From contig NC_042999.1 of the NCBI RefSeq assembly GCF_006345805.1, forward strand, positions 105,338,001 through 105,402,000: DNA of 64,000 nt, in the 5' to 3' direction. Made by a program: the position numbers and the translations under genes. Source of the stretch: Octopus sinensis (taxonomy: Eukaryota). Positions within the stretch are counted from its first letter, which is position 1. Each line of letters opens with the position of its first letter. This document shows positions 38,474 through 52,117 of the stretch, one piece after another. The notes below the pieces were generated by a model that saw only the letters and a program-made list of their open reading frames with translations, did not search any database and was not told the origin of the DNA.

Positions 38474-40134
38474 GAGAGCGAGAAGAGAAAGAGAGAGGGG
38501 GGTTCTTTGTCAATCAAATTACAGCTACACGCCAGACCTAATTAAACCTTCTGCTGTGCTGGTGACACTTGCGGTAGACGGTTGACAAAGTTCGTCGAAC
38601 AAATCTGGCATTACATGCACATTTGGTAAGCAGACTATAGAAACCAAGCCATCTGTTCCTCATGCAGCCAGCCACCGTTTTCTATATTGGTGTATCTGTG
38701 ATCAGTTTCGTCTCTTCGCGTAATAGAGGCGGCACATTAATTAACCTTGCACTCACAGCCTCCTTGCTTTTGGGCATAACATTATTCGCGTGCCGATATC
38801 GCTGCAAACATATTGGTATCGATAGCTATCGCATACACAACATATTTCTATCTTAAGTGTCCTCAAATCTACTCGCAAACTGTCATAAAATTGAAAAAGT
38901 CAGAGCGGTTTTTGTGAAACTTTTGCGCGCGATATTCCTATGTGCTATCACCCACACTGCCCTAGTTGGCATGCGATATGCCGTTTGAATTCTACCATAT
39001 CACTGAGGAGAGGGATTTATACAAGAGAAATTCTATGGTGAAAACAGATAAAAGTGTGAATATAATATATCGTCAGCCACCAGTAAATAGCCATATTCAT
39101 TCATATAGTTCACATTTGCGAAATTATGAATTTTTTGTAACCCCTCTACCTGCCCCAGATTGTTTATGTTTAAAAATTAGCATATTGGAAATCCTCAGAA
39201 TGTTATGGCTAGCGTTTATCCACAGTAATTTTTAAAAAAGAGTTATGTAAACGATAATTAATTTTAATCGCATACTTTTAGAAAATGTTTTTTCTTACGC
39301 ACACACGGCTTCGCTTGATTGAAGTGGGGTAACATTTTGATTACAATTTATTTTATTGTTTATATACCACCAATGGACAACGCGTATCTTACTTCGACAT
39401 CATTCCATAAAATTTGTTTAATGGGGGAAAATATTGAAAAAACAGCAATATGTATGAGAATGAAAGCGGATGGTGTTTTAGGTTCTACTTGAAACAACAG
39501 CGAAACCCCCCTTGTATTGTTCACCTTTTCCTCTGAAATTATTTACAATGTTTCTTTGTTTTTTTACCGAAAAATCTTCCCCCAGGGTTTTTCAGTTAAA
39601 ACGAGAAAATCGGTCCTGATAGTTATTATTGTATGACATATTGCGTTCCAAATAGCCATAAGAGCGAAATCACTTTAAAATGCTTTTACAAAAATCACAC
39701 AGGTATATTAAAATATTTTCATTCACTAAATAATGTTTTTACATTAGTAGAATTAACGGTCGGTTTTCCAAAGAGCGAATTCAAATTGAAATCAAAACAT
39801 TGAAATAGAGAGTGGGAGACTTTGCAAATGAAAATGAAATAATCTGCAATTGATGCAACGAATTTATGAAAAATTGGTGTTCAAAACTCCAACAAAGTTT
39901 AGAAATAGAAATAATACAAAAATGTTTGGAATATGAATTACAATAATAATTGCTTTTTTAGTACGTTTTGTAGCTGCTACATACATAATTAATAAGCAGT
40001 CTTTCACATTATAATATAGATATTTCTCTTTATAATATTATATTTATATTAGAGTTATAGCATACATTCTTACACACCATGACCCGAAAATATTTCTTTA
40101 TTGTATATATATAATATTGGATCCATTTTTGTGG

Positions 40135-40184
<50 letters not shown>

Positions 40185-40269
40185 GTACATACATATATGC
40201 ATAAGTTAGGTATGTATGTATATATATGTATGTATATGGTAGTTGTCTTCCCCTTATACAGAATTTGAC

Positions 40270-42170
40270 CACCTGCTGTACCTACACCTTAGCACCCTCA
40301 TGTCGTCTGATGTGGCGTTTTAAACCAGACAATGTCCTGAAAAGAAACCTACATAGATTGCACTTCTGAGTTGGACCACCAAGACCTGCATTTAAATTCT
40401 GCTTCTTGTGGATCTTAAACTGTCTTTTGAGGCCTCCGATTGATTTGCAGTGTATATCAGAAAGTCTGCAAATTCAACGGATGCCTCAAAAGAACCCCAT
40501 TTCATTTTTAAAATGCGATGAAGACTTCTGTACAGATTCCATCAGAGCTTCGAAATTTATTGTTATTCAGCCTATTCACAGCTAAATAAATGTCATTTAG
40601 AGTTGGTTCCATAACTAGAAGGTGTTCCATTTTTCTATCATCCTCATGTCAACGGATGATGGTCTTTTCAAAAGTGCAAAAAAGTGATCTACCGAACGCT
40701 TATGAAAAGAATCGGCGCCAGCCAGAAGAAAACGGCCATTTGCTGTTCTCACTAGAGCTATTGAAGAAGAATTAGGGTCATATACCTCCTTAACGTTAGA
40801 GTACAAACCCTTGACATCATTTCTATCAGCTGCTTCTTGTATCCCTTTTGTTCTATCATTCCACGATTCCTGTTTAATTTTCCTTGGAGCAGTCTGCAGT
40901 TTCCTTTTCAGCTTTCAATAAGCTTCGTTTGAGTTGGGGATTCAAGGACTGAGGAAGAAGTGTATTGCCTACGTTCTGTTTTTCTAAAGGTATATCATGA
41001 ATTTCTGATGATCTATCTGAGAACCAGTTACTTGACTTATGTGATTTAGATCCCACTGACAAACTTGCAGCCTGAAATCCTTTTGTTTGGAAATCTTCCC
41101 ATAGATTGTTTGGGTCAAGACTGATACTTTCTTAAGCATCGTGGAATCTTTGCAATGTACTTGGTAATTTAAAGTTTGCAATATTTACCTCTTTGGATAC
41201 CTTAGGATCAGACTGTCGATTTTTAGGTATTATCGAAAACTCTATTTTCCCACGCACTAGATTATGGTCAGTCCAGCTCTCTGCAACTCTCACAACCCGA
41301 ACGCTAGAAATGCCTTTCATATCACGTTTTCACATCAGAGTATAATTTATGAGATGCCAGTACTTAGATCTTGGGTGCATCCAGGTGGTTTTATATTTCT
41401 TTTTCTGTTTAAAGAGCGTGTTGTTGATAACCAAATTATTTTCAGTGCAAAAACATCAACAGAGCTACTCCATTTTTATTGCATTTTCCAATCCCATATC
41501 GACCTAAAAGAAGCCATGAAACATAGTCTTTTGTAGCTCTTGAATTGAAATCTCCCAATATGACCAGCTTGTCAGAAATGGGTACTTTCCTCAATAATTA
41601 TGCTAGATCATCATAAAACTGTGCTACAGTTTCATCAGAATGGCACATTGTTTGAGCATAAATACTGACAACGGTAAGAAACCTACCTTTTGTCAGTTTA
41701 ATACGGCATAACATGATCCGTTCAGATATAACACTTGGAAGCTCTGCAATGGAGGATACTAATGTATTCTTGAGAGCAAACCCAACACCAGATTCTCTAC
41801 ACTGACCCTTCGGTAGGCTTCTCCAAAAGATAGTTTATCCATAACTAGGTCCATTTACTTGACCCTCACCAGAGATGAACTTCAGAGCGCGCAACTATAT
41901 TAAGGAAATATTTCTTCAGCTCATACTCAATAAGTGCAGTACGCCTTTCTAGTCTCTTGTTGAAATTAACATCAAGAAGAGTGCGCACATTCCAACAACC
42001 GAAATTCAAATGATGTTATTTTTACTTTTTCTTGATTATTTGGCCACAGTGGCAGGATTCTGACCGCGTTCAGCCTGTGATACACTGGGACACCTGCCGA
42101 GCCAGACCTGCTACCCTGACGTTCCCAGGGCTTTTTTGCCATTTACTGAATGAGTTTGAGACATTTTAGA
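40270..42170 (-). mobile_element. Degraded RTE LINE keeping APE + linker + C-terminus but lacking the RT domain
   Basis: Minus strand GCWNVRTLLD, ESWTDHNLVRGK, KEVYDP...DHFFALLKRPSSVD, then a jump to KCNLCRFLFRTLSGLKRH. Confidence 0.8.
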
Positions 42171-42611
42171 GTAAGTTACAAGTGCACTTTTAGGTTTCTG
42201 CCAACCAACCAATTCAATGATTTTATTAAGATTTGGTGTAGAGGAAGTATCTGTGCAGATGAATAAGTTTCTGCGAGTGTAGTTTGCACTGCTCTACCCC
42301 CAACTATTGGCCCATAAAGACATTCACCGGTGTGACATGAAAAATTCCACGGCCTCAGGTTTTATTTCAGAGAATTTCCTCTCCTAGGTAGATTACCAAC
42401 CAAGATTAAGGAGATTCTACTTGCCCCTGAGGTAAGTTATCCCATTTCAGATACCAAACTGACACTCAATCACTCTGTAAAGTGATCAAATATCACTCCG
42501 GTGACTGACGCGGAGTAGCTCATCCATTAAAAAAAGAAAGGTAGGATATGTGATTTGCAAATGTAAATAAGAATTATATATAAATATAAAAATGTTAAAT
42601 ATATGCAATAT

Positions 42612-42660
<49 letters not shown>

Positions 42661-42915
42661 AAATTTTAAAAAACGGTACTGTGAATGAAAAAGAATTACA
42701 TACAAAATAATATTGTATAAAGAATATAGTATACATATATATAAAGCAAAAATATACATATATATGTATATATATATATATATATAGCCGAAATTGCGAA
42801 GATGATCCGGTTCTTGACTGATGATTGAGGGCTTCGAATGTCCCGCCAGTGTTTTTTGTGTCGTCTTCTAAATGTTTCACGTTGCTGTCCCAGTTTGTAT
42901 ATTTTTTTTTACTTT

Positions 42916-43029
<114 letters not shown>

Positions 43030-43069
43030 CATTTATACATATGTAAAAAGATATATACATATTTACAGA

Positions 43070-43265
43070 CATTTTGTTGGATGGCCGTTGAATGTTCAGG
43101 AGTTCAGGCGTTCATCCGCCCTTTGACGGGTCTTATTTTGTGTTCAACAACACCCTCCTCTCCAACCAAACCTGGTGGGGTTGCAGTTTAGTCACCGACG
43201 ACCCGACCATATGACAGGTTGTATTGGATAACATGATACCAGTAGCACTCAAGAGCGACCTGACA
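43070..43265 (-). mobile_element. Isolated 5' end of an RTE family related to bases 1-150
   Basis: caacctgtcatatggtcgggtcgtcggtgactaaactgcaaccccacc matches caacctattacatggtcgggtcgctggcgattaaactggcaaccccacc. Confidence 0.8.
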
Positions 43266-43269
43266 TATA

Positions 43270-43326
<57 letters not shown>

Positions 43327-43508
43327 CATATGTATATATATATAATATATATACGTATATATATGTATATATATATAATATATATTATATATATATATAT
43401 ATATATATTGTGTATATATATATATAATCCAATACAACTATATGACAGGTTGTATTGGATAACATGATACCAGTAGCACTCAAGAGCGACCTGACATATA
43501 TATATATT

Positions 43509-43540
<32 letters not shown>

Positions 43541-43576
43541 CATATGTATATATATATATAATTATATATATGTATA

Positions 43577-43629
<53 letters not shown>

Positions 43630-44895
43630 ATATATATATATACGTATGTATGTGTGTCTGTGTGTTTTTATGAACACATGTATCCATATATCGAAATATG
43701 TTAATCATTTGTAGCAAAGTCACTTTAAGTCACAGGTTCTCGTGAATAAGTAGAGATTAACAATGATGCACAGACTATTGAAGACCTAAACATGATGCGA
43801 ACTTCTCAAATGTGGCTGTTGACCAAGAAGCATCCAGTCTGCGTTTCATAATTACTATAAGAAGAAATTATGCCAAACGAAATTGCATAGAAGAGACTGT
43901 ACACTTTTTAATTGTATTCATTTTGGGAGTTGGAAGTAGCGCAAGCAGAGGTGCCTTTCAGGAATGCTTAAATAATTTTCGGCTAGCAGTTGTTGTCTTA
44001 TCATGTTTGACAATGACAATTCCTTAAAGTTAATTTTCCTTATTTTTATAATGGGTGCTATGGTAATTAAAGAAAATAATTTCAAGGTATACATACTAAT
44101 TATGTTATCTCCTACTTCAAAATAAACACGTTTAGAGCTTGCTGCGAGTGGCAAATATATACTATACTATATACCCCTTGCATTGTTCATATACTCTCCA
44201 CTACACTTTCAATGCTAAAACATTCTACTAAACCTTTCTTTTTTTAGTGAACTCTCTAAAATCACACTCTGATATCACTTTATTAGATCAGATATAAACT
44301 ACCACGATACCGACTCTTTCTCTACAATCTTTTTCTTCTTCATATGCACACAAAATAAGCTACTGTATTACACTTAATTCAAACGAATTGTTTCCTCTAC
44401 AAAATTATGATGATAAATATGCTTAATGCTGCTTTACTTTCTATCGAATTATTAACGTTTTAAAATACTGATGTCTAAAGGCATTTGCGAGTTCGTTATT
44501 AACCTATTTACTCATTCATAATTACTTCTTTCCTAACACAAAACACATTGTATTATTGTTATGATCAAGGTGCTGTACATATTAAATATTTCCCTGTAGG
44601 AAACAAGATTCTGAAATCATTGTACGCGTGAAAACAATATGAAATGTGTATATTGTCCTTCTTTTCAATATAATCTAAGTCAGAATGACATTTAGTTAAT
44701 TAATTATTCATTAATTAATGTCTTATATAGCATGATGCCGTGACAATTAATAATTTCCGAGAAAAAATTTATAACAATTCTCATTACTGCAAAATAATCT
44801 AGTAATTTAAATATTTTCTTAAAAGGTTGTATTTCATTTTTTAAAAAAGCATAGAACTCCAGGCAAAATTAAATTTTCAACATAAGAAATACTTA

Positions 44896-44897
<2 letters not shown>

Positions 44898-44946
<49 letters not shown>

Positions 44947-45048
44947 TAATAATAATAATAATGATGATGATGATAAAAATAATGATAATGATGATGATGA
45001 TGATGATGATGATGGTGATGACAATAACAATAACGATAATAATAGTAA
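44898..45048. repeat. Compound (TAA)n/(TGA)n microsatellite (SINE tail)
   Basis: Direct reading. Confidence 0.95.
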
Positions 45049-45054
45049 TATATT

Positions 45055-45185
45055 CTTTCTACTATAGGCACAAGGACTGAAATTTGGGGGAGAGGTAAAT
45101 CCATTGCATCGACCCCAGTAATCGACTGGAAGTTAGCATATCAACCGCGAAAGGATGAAAGGCAATGTCGACCTAGGCGGAATTA
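45055..45185 (-). mobile_element. SINE (family A) 3' part
   Basis: gaaaggatgaaaggcaatgtcgacctaggcggaat; ggcacaaggactgaaatttggggg. Confidence 0.75.
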
Positions 45186-45593
45186 ATACTAACAAGTGCT
45201 CTTATGCATTACCAAGCAGTGGCTGTCATGAGTTCTGTTCTGAATTGATTCGCGTGTTAGCATGCACGTGTTTGGTCTTGGTGTAAAAGATGGGCTACAA
45301 CAAATATCCTGCACAGTAATGTATATTTGATTGTCAGTTGCTTGACCTTAACCAGTTGAGCATGAACCTTAAGTCTGACAATATGTGCATCTCTGATCGT
45401 GAGCAGGAGTAGTGGGTGAACATGATAACCAGGTGTTGAGAGGGTATCTTTGAATAATTCACATCTGGAGACGTAGGTGTTTCGTTGATCATAGACAGCA
45501 CTTATCTTTCCAGCGAGATGGGCTACTCAACCTGAAAACAAATTGTAACTGGGCCCCACGTGCATGGTCGTGCACCTGCTCTCTTACTCAGTC

Positions 45594-45634
45594 ATACTAC
45601 TACTACTACTGCTACTACTACTGCTATACTACTG

Positions 45635-45705
<71 letters not shown>

Positions 45706-45760
45706 GCTACAACTACTACTACTACTACTACTACTAATAATAATAATAATAATGATAAAA
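45594..45760. repeat. (TAC)n then (TAA)n microsatellite
   Basis: Direct reading. Confidence 0.95.
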
Positions 45761-45857
45761 TAATTTATGAAACATATTTGCTTACATATACATACTACAC
45801 ACTTATTCCCACACGTATGTATATACTATAAAATATTTATTTGTATATGTATATATA

Positions 45858-46969
45858 CAGGATTTGGACAAAATAATGCAAACGTCTAGCATCATAGCAT
45901 CATAATTTTGAAATATCTATAAAACAGTGAAAAGCTTGTTTGTTTTTATGTTTTTTGATTTTTTATTAGTGTTGCTTAATATGTTTATCTAAAATTGCTG
46001 TTTCTTTTTAGATATCATCAGAAAAAGACAATTGAAATTCATTAAAGTGGCAAATCTATCGGACATTCAAAGCGGTCAAATTGTTGGTGCTCGTTTGGCA
46101 GGCGCTAGCGTAACAAAAACAGCCGAAATGTTTAGTGTATCAAGAAGTACTGTCACGAAAGTAATGACAACCTTTGACAAAGAGGGAAAAGCATCCTCGT
46201 CGAAACAAAACTCCAGAAGAAAACTAAAACCTTCAGATAGGTTTAACGCAAATTGTTAAAAAGGAGCACAAAAGTACAACTCCCAAGATTACTGAAAAGC
46301 TTAATAACCACCCCGAGAACCCAGTTTTTAAAAAAATACTCGGACGATTCATCATTTACCTTATTTCCGACCACCGGCCAAGTATACGTGTGGAGACAGC
46401 TAAAAGAAGCGTTTGACCAAGACTGCTTTCTTCCAACTGTTAAACATGGAGGAGGATATGTGATGATCTGGGGGACTATATCTTGGAAATACGTCGGCTC
46501 AATGGTTTCCCTTCATGACAGAATTAATAGTCAAGACTATTTAATCATTTTATCTGATCAAATTCATCCTATGTTTGCGGAACTGTTTCCGGAGGGAAAC
46601 GCAGTCTTTCGGAATGATAATGCAGCAATTCACATAGCTAAAGGTGTTACTGAATGACACGAGGAACATTCTAGTGAAGTTGAACATCTTATCTGGGTAC
46701 CACAGTCTCTAGATCTCACTATCATTGAAAATTTATGGTGTATTTTAGAAAACAAGAAAGGAGTCAATATCCTCCACCGTCATCACTACAAGAACGGGAG
46801 ACTGTTCTAGCTGAAGAATGGACACAAATTTATTTGGAAACAATTCAAACTTTGTGCAATCCATACCTCGTAGAATTCAAACTGTGATTACTGACAAAGG
46901 GGGCCCAACCCCATATTGAAATACATTTGTTTGAAATTTTAAGGTGTTTCCATTATTTTGAACAACGTC
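45858..46969 (+). mobile_element. Tc1 (DD34E) transposon relic with TIRs
   Basis: TIRs caggatttggacaaaataatgcaaac / gtttccattattttgaacaacgtc; peptides GQIVGARLAGASVTKTA, SDDSSF, TVKHGGGYVMIWG, FRNDNAAIH, QSLDLTIIENLW; frameshifted. Confidence 0.92.
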
Positions 46970-47137
46970 TATATGTATGTGTGTGTGTAATATAGAAATT
47001 TTAGATATGCACACACATATAATCAGACATACATGATTATATAAGTATGTAAAAATATACAGATGTACGTATACATAAAACAAATATAAAAAAAAGAATC
47101 TGTCTATATGTGTTGTTTCACTGAAAGTGGTGTTTCG

Positions 47138-47939
47138 GGATCTTATCGGTTTGGCTGCCAGTATCAATTCTGTTCGAATTGATTTCATATTCAGTGTAAT
47201 GATACACATGTATAGCCTAATTAACGATGTGAAAGTAATTTTCTCTATAAATCAGTAAGTAAAGAGTTATTAGCAATTAAGTTTGAAATTTTGGTGAATT
47301 TAGCCAATCGTAAGCCACAAGCACATTCATGTCTGTTTCGATAGTAAGAAGCCGAACATAAGTGTTCATTTGTCTCCCAACTTGCTTGTTGTCATAGTAA
47401 CAAGCTAATCCGGGCAATCTTTGAAAAGTCTTTTATCTGCAAGAAAGCACGCGTTGACAATTTTAACGCTATGTTCGGTGTTCTGTGTAATTATGGCAGC
47501 AAGCTCCAGCAACTTCGATTCCCCGATGGAAATATTTAAAATAGCGGAAGATATTTTAAAGATTAAAAGCGAAATTTAACTGTTTGTCTTTTTTATGCTT
47601 AGATATTTGTTTTTTAAGCATATTTTGTTCACTGTTATGTTCATGTATAGCATATAATCATGTACTTCTGGAAATTTGTCAATTTATGAGATTTTGCAGG
47701 CAAATTTATAAATTAACATTTATTAACATTTATTTGCACATAAGAAAATTACCGGAGAACTTTCATCTAATTCTTCCAAATCGTTCTGTTAAAAATTGTA
47801 ATGTGTTTATCGCGTGTAACGTGTTGTTTATCGCATTTGCATTAAATGCATATGATTGTTAACTCGTTTTTATGCCAAACTTTTAAATTTTCGGTAAACT
47901 TTAATTTTTGAAAAGCTGGCAGCCAAACGGATAAGATCC
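47138..47939. mobile_element. Putative non-autonomous DNA element defined by 24-bp TIRs
   Basis: ggatcttatcggtttggctgccag (47138-47161) versus ctggcagccaaacggataagatcc (47916-47939), one mismatch; no TSD seen. Confidence 0.5.
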
Positions 47940-48450
47940 GCGATATTCTCTGTTTTTGAGCATAGAGCGGTGGCGTGTTCATTGCATAGAAAGCAGAATG
48001 TAAGGACAAGCGCAAGTGTATGGAAGAAAAGGGGAAAAATAGGTACCGTACAATATTGTAGACCCATGAAATTTCTCACTGATGCTATATCGCAACGTGT
48101 ATCCGGGGTGAAATTTTAGGTCGTATCTGAAAATCTAGATAATCCGTAGTTACTAACTAAATCAATGATTATACTAAACTGTGCGTGTTATACTGGGCAA
48201 ACGAGCATTTCATTGCATGCATGCATATTTCTCTTGTTTTCGAGAATTTATTAATGATCCGTTGCCTGGTCAACTAAAGAAAAAAAAACTATTAATCTGA
48301 GCATAGTCTGCGCTTCCATTTTCCTTTGCTGTCATTTGTTATATACTTAACGAACGCTGAGGAATTTCTGAGGTAGATCCTGCGAGATTTGTGTAAATAC
48401 CGTGGATATATGTATGTATGTATATATATGTATATATATATATTATATAT

Positions 48451-48550
<100 letters not shown>

Positions 48551-48567
48551 CATATGCATATATTACA

Positions 48568-48858
48568 ATAATAAAGAGTAAAATCAATAATAATCTTACA
48601 AGGTAGCCAGTGCGGAAATAAAAACCCTATGGGTAAATTTTACAAAATATTTTATAATTACATACATAATAATAACAAGGGAGCGGCTTTATGCCTCGCC
48701 CCTAACTGCAAGAAATACCACCTTAAAATCTCTGAGTATAACACACTTTATTATTATTTATATAATTATAAAATATTTGGTAAAATTTACCTATAATGTT
48801 TTTATTTCTGCATTGACTACCTGGTAAAACTTTTATTGATTTTCCCCTTTATTATTAT
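48568..48858. repeat. Fold-back with about 110-bp diverged arms and about 65-bp spacer; a third inverted copy lies at about 49195-49295
   Basis: aaatcaataa...ggtagccagtgcggaaataaaaac...ggtaaattttac.aaatattttataatta and its reverse complement. Confidence 0.8.
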
Positions 48859-49327
48859 AATGAACATTTGAAATTAAGTCACTCCATGATCGAAACTGCA
48901 TTTACTGCGGTCTAGATCTTAACATACTACACGTGGGTATATAAGAAAGATATGACTCACACTCGGCAGTATATTTTGCGAATGTGGATTGATATTGGGC
49001 ATGCGATGACGCTGGTCGCATGCATATTTTGGGATACTCGTGAACTTATATAGAGTATGCTGTTGAGAACAGTAAGTAAAATTATTTTTTTTGTTTAAGT
49101 TGGAAACGCGTACATAGTTAACCAGAGTTGTTGATTCATTATTTTTCTTTTGCTTGCCTACATTAAAGTGTGTTATTCTTGGAAATTTTAAGGTCGTAAA
49201 AAGAACTTTACCGGCTTTTTATTGCGGTGCGTGTTGAGGCATAAAGGCGGATCCCTTGTTATAATTAGGTATATAATTATACGATATTTTGTATGTATAT
49301 ATATATATATAATATATATATATATAG

Positions 49328-49360
<33 letters not shown>

Positions 49361-49363
49361 ATA

Positions 49364-50044
49364 TAGTAGAAGAAATAGCTATAACTCTTTGACTGCTATT
49401 TCTAATTCTGTATGTGGTAAGGCAATTCGTTGCTAAACCCTTTATTGCTTAGTATTACTTAAATTTTCCTCGAATGAGGCTTTTACATGCCGAAGACTAC
49501 TTGGTGTAATTGATAATTATTCCAAATTAATTAATTTCACCCTTCATTATTACGGATAACCATATTTTATCTCAGTAGATGACCACAGCATCTTGTTTTG
49601 GCTACACGCGGGTGGGAAGGGGCTGGTGACACAATCTTTTCATTCACACTTTGAATTTAGTGATACTAGTTGCGGATTCTAGCTCGCTCTGATACTGAGT
49701 TGAGTTGGTGCCTTCTAGTATCTCAAAATTCAATATATAATCATTTACGATTATAGTATTCTACGCTGAAGAGAAAAGAAGTTTTGGTAAGGTAGAATTA
49801 TTTAATATTTAATTCTTATGCTTTCCTAAAAACTTGATTTCGAAACGTACGTCCGTAGATAACTTAAAATTGTATGATAGATTGCCGTCAATTCATTCTC
49901 TCTTACCTGTTTGTGTCTGCCTACCAATTGCTGTTTTTACTGAGATCTCCCTTTTTAGTAGAAGAAATAGCTATAACTCTTTGACTGCTATTTCTAAATT
50001 CGGTATGTGGTAAGGCAATTCGTTGCTAAACCCTTATTGCTTAG

Positions 50045-50047
<3 letters not shown>
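49364..50047 (+). mobile_element. Non-coding HHR-bearing element: 592-nt unit plus 92-nt terminal direct repeat, inserted in (TA)n (retrozyme / PLE pseudo-LTR-like)
   Basis: 49364-49455 matches 49956-50047 with 1 substitution and 2 single-base indels; no ORF of 60 aa or more in the track; intact HHR inside. Confidence 0.88.
49760..49859 (+). ncRNA. Canonical type I hammerhead ribozyme, GUC triplet
   Basis: tctacg-CTGAAGA-gaaa ag aagtttt...aaaactt ga tttc-GAAAC-gtac-GTC-cgtaga; helix III ACGUACGU is a perfect palindrome; predicted cut after C49853. Confidence 0.92.
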
Positions 50048-50082
<35 letters not shown>

Positions 50083-50093
50083 TAATATATATA

Positions 50094-50131
<38 letters not shown>

Positions 50132-51688
50132 TGTGTGTACTGACTGGCTATCTCTGTCCTAGCGAAATAGCCATATTTATAACTAGTTTCTACCACACTT
50201 CATCTCTGCCATGAAATTGGGTAAAAACACAGATATGTTTTCTTTGGGGAGTGGTTAACGAACCGTGAAAGAGACTGTCAGAAGACACACGCTCTCTCTT
50301 TCTCACCTATGAATAGCATACATAGATTGAGTTTATAGTGTAATCTCAATGAAGTGGCACCTTGTGAAGCTTGTATGCGTTTAACTTCTGATTTGTGTAG
50401 ATGTAGTTAAAGTCCTTTGTAGAGCACGACTTTTACATATCGCTGGATTAGTTAGTATTTTATATTGAAACTGCACATATGACAAATGTATAACTTCTTG
50501 TTGAGGCATAGATATTCTAACGCTTTCAACGAGCAGCTGAATGATTTCTGTATAATTAATTGACATATATCCAACTAGTTTAAACTGGGCCAGTCCCACG
50601 TTCCTGTTAACTGATGGAGTGTTAGTAGGGGTTAGCTCCATCTGCTAGCAATGTATTGTATATAAAGGATGCAGAACGTCGCTTCGAAAACTAGATAACA
50701 GAGAATCTGCCTGGGGTGAAACTAGAAGTAGCATTCACCTGCCACTTTGATGTGATAACTGTTCACTTTTTAGTACATGTTACTACTGTATCTCATCTTC
50801 AGATTTTAAAACTAGTTACTTTGATAAAATAGTCTTTGAGGAGACTTTGTTGTCTATGTCTTTCTAAATAGTTTGGAAATGCTATGGTTTTCAAATAATT
50901 GTCATAGTCATGAGATAATAGACTATACATTTAACTTACTGCTTTTGGTATTTCGACAGACAAGAGTTCATAATAATCATATGGCAACCACTATTTTCTG
51001 TTGGTGCGGCACCCAAATAGGGATTGTTAACATCTAGTTTATTATGTCAGCAAATCAAGTTCACTACTAATGTGTTATTAGCTTCCACTTATTGTAGTGC
51101 GTCAATCCTCTCAGGATCGTTGTAGCACAATTTATTCAATTATGCATTACACTGAAAGCAGTTGAATGAAAATGGTCCACATCTCGCAATTACATATGGC
51201 TCAAAATCAACTTTCCATCACTTTTGAAAGAATCGACTTGCAAAACTATAAATTTGTAGATAATCTATATTAGTGAAAGGGTGAAAAGGTTGCATTTTCT
51301 CTATAGAAATATACGAAGTTGCTTGTGAAAGTTTTTTTCATACATATGAGACCGAAATAATCGGAAATTTATCGTGTTGGGATTCAAAATTGTTTGTCTT
51401 CATTCATCTCTACACGCTCAAACTTTGGTCCGTTAAAGCGAAACGTGCTCTTACTAAGTGTTGTAAATCAATTAAGAAATATATTGGTGAACTATTCGAA
51501 ACAAACCTAGCGAAAACGGATTTTCGTCTTAGTATGGACGCCTTAAATTCAAGTGTCGGTTACATTATGAATAAGAGAATTCGAAAAAATAATTCAATAG
51601 ATATTATCCATTAATAATAGCCACCTTCCTAGGTTTTTGTATTTTACGCACGCAACATTACATACATGAGAATATTACTCTTTGCAAA

Positions 51689-51908
51689 AGGCAGCAAGCT
51701 GGCAGAAACGTTAGCACGTCTGGCGAAATGCCTAGCAGTATTTCTTTCTGAGTTCAAATTCCACCGAGGTCAACTTTGTCTTTCACCATTTCGGGGTCGA
51801 TTACATAAATACCAGTAAATCATTGGGGTCGATATAATCCACTTAATCCCCTTGTCTGTCCTTGTTTGTCCCCTCTATGTTTAGCCCTCAGTGGACAATA
51901 AAGAAATA
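51689..51908 (+). mobile_element. Full-length SINE (family A) with an 18-bp TSD
   Basis: TSD aatattactctttgcaaa at 51671-51688 and 51909-51926; B-box-like gagttcaaattcc. Confidence 0.92.
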
Positions 51909-52117
51909 AATATTACTCTTTGCAAACAAAGTGATGCATATATCATGATCTGCATATGAAACTTGTATTTATAAACATAGGTTGCATTTTCAATTATTTT
52001 AATCATCAGCAAAATGAAGCTTTAAATGTAACATTTAAAATGGTCCAGCATCTGATGAAATAAATAAAACCTTGGTTATCATCATAATTTTTGAGGCAAA
52101 TATGTAGGGAAATGAAA

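Noticed and set aside
42812-42850. CUGAUGA...GAAU-GUC as an HHR
   Set aside because: GAAA is broken and there is no stem I
50138-50180. ctgactg-gcta...tagc-GAAA as an HHR
   Set aside because: Stem II is present but core positions 8-9, the triplet and stem I fail; at most a relic
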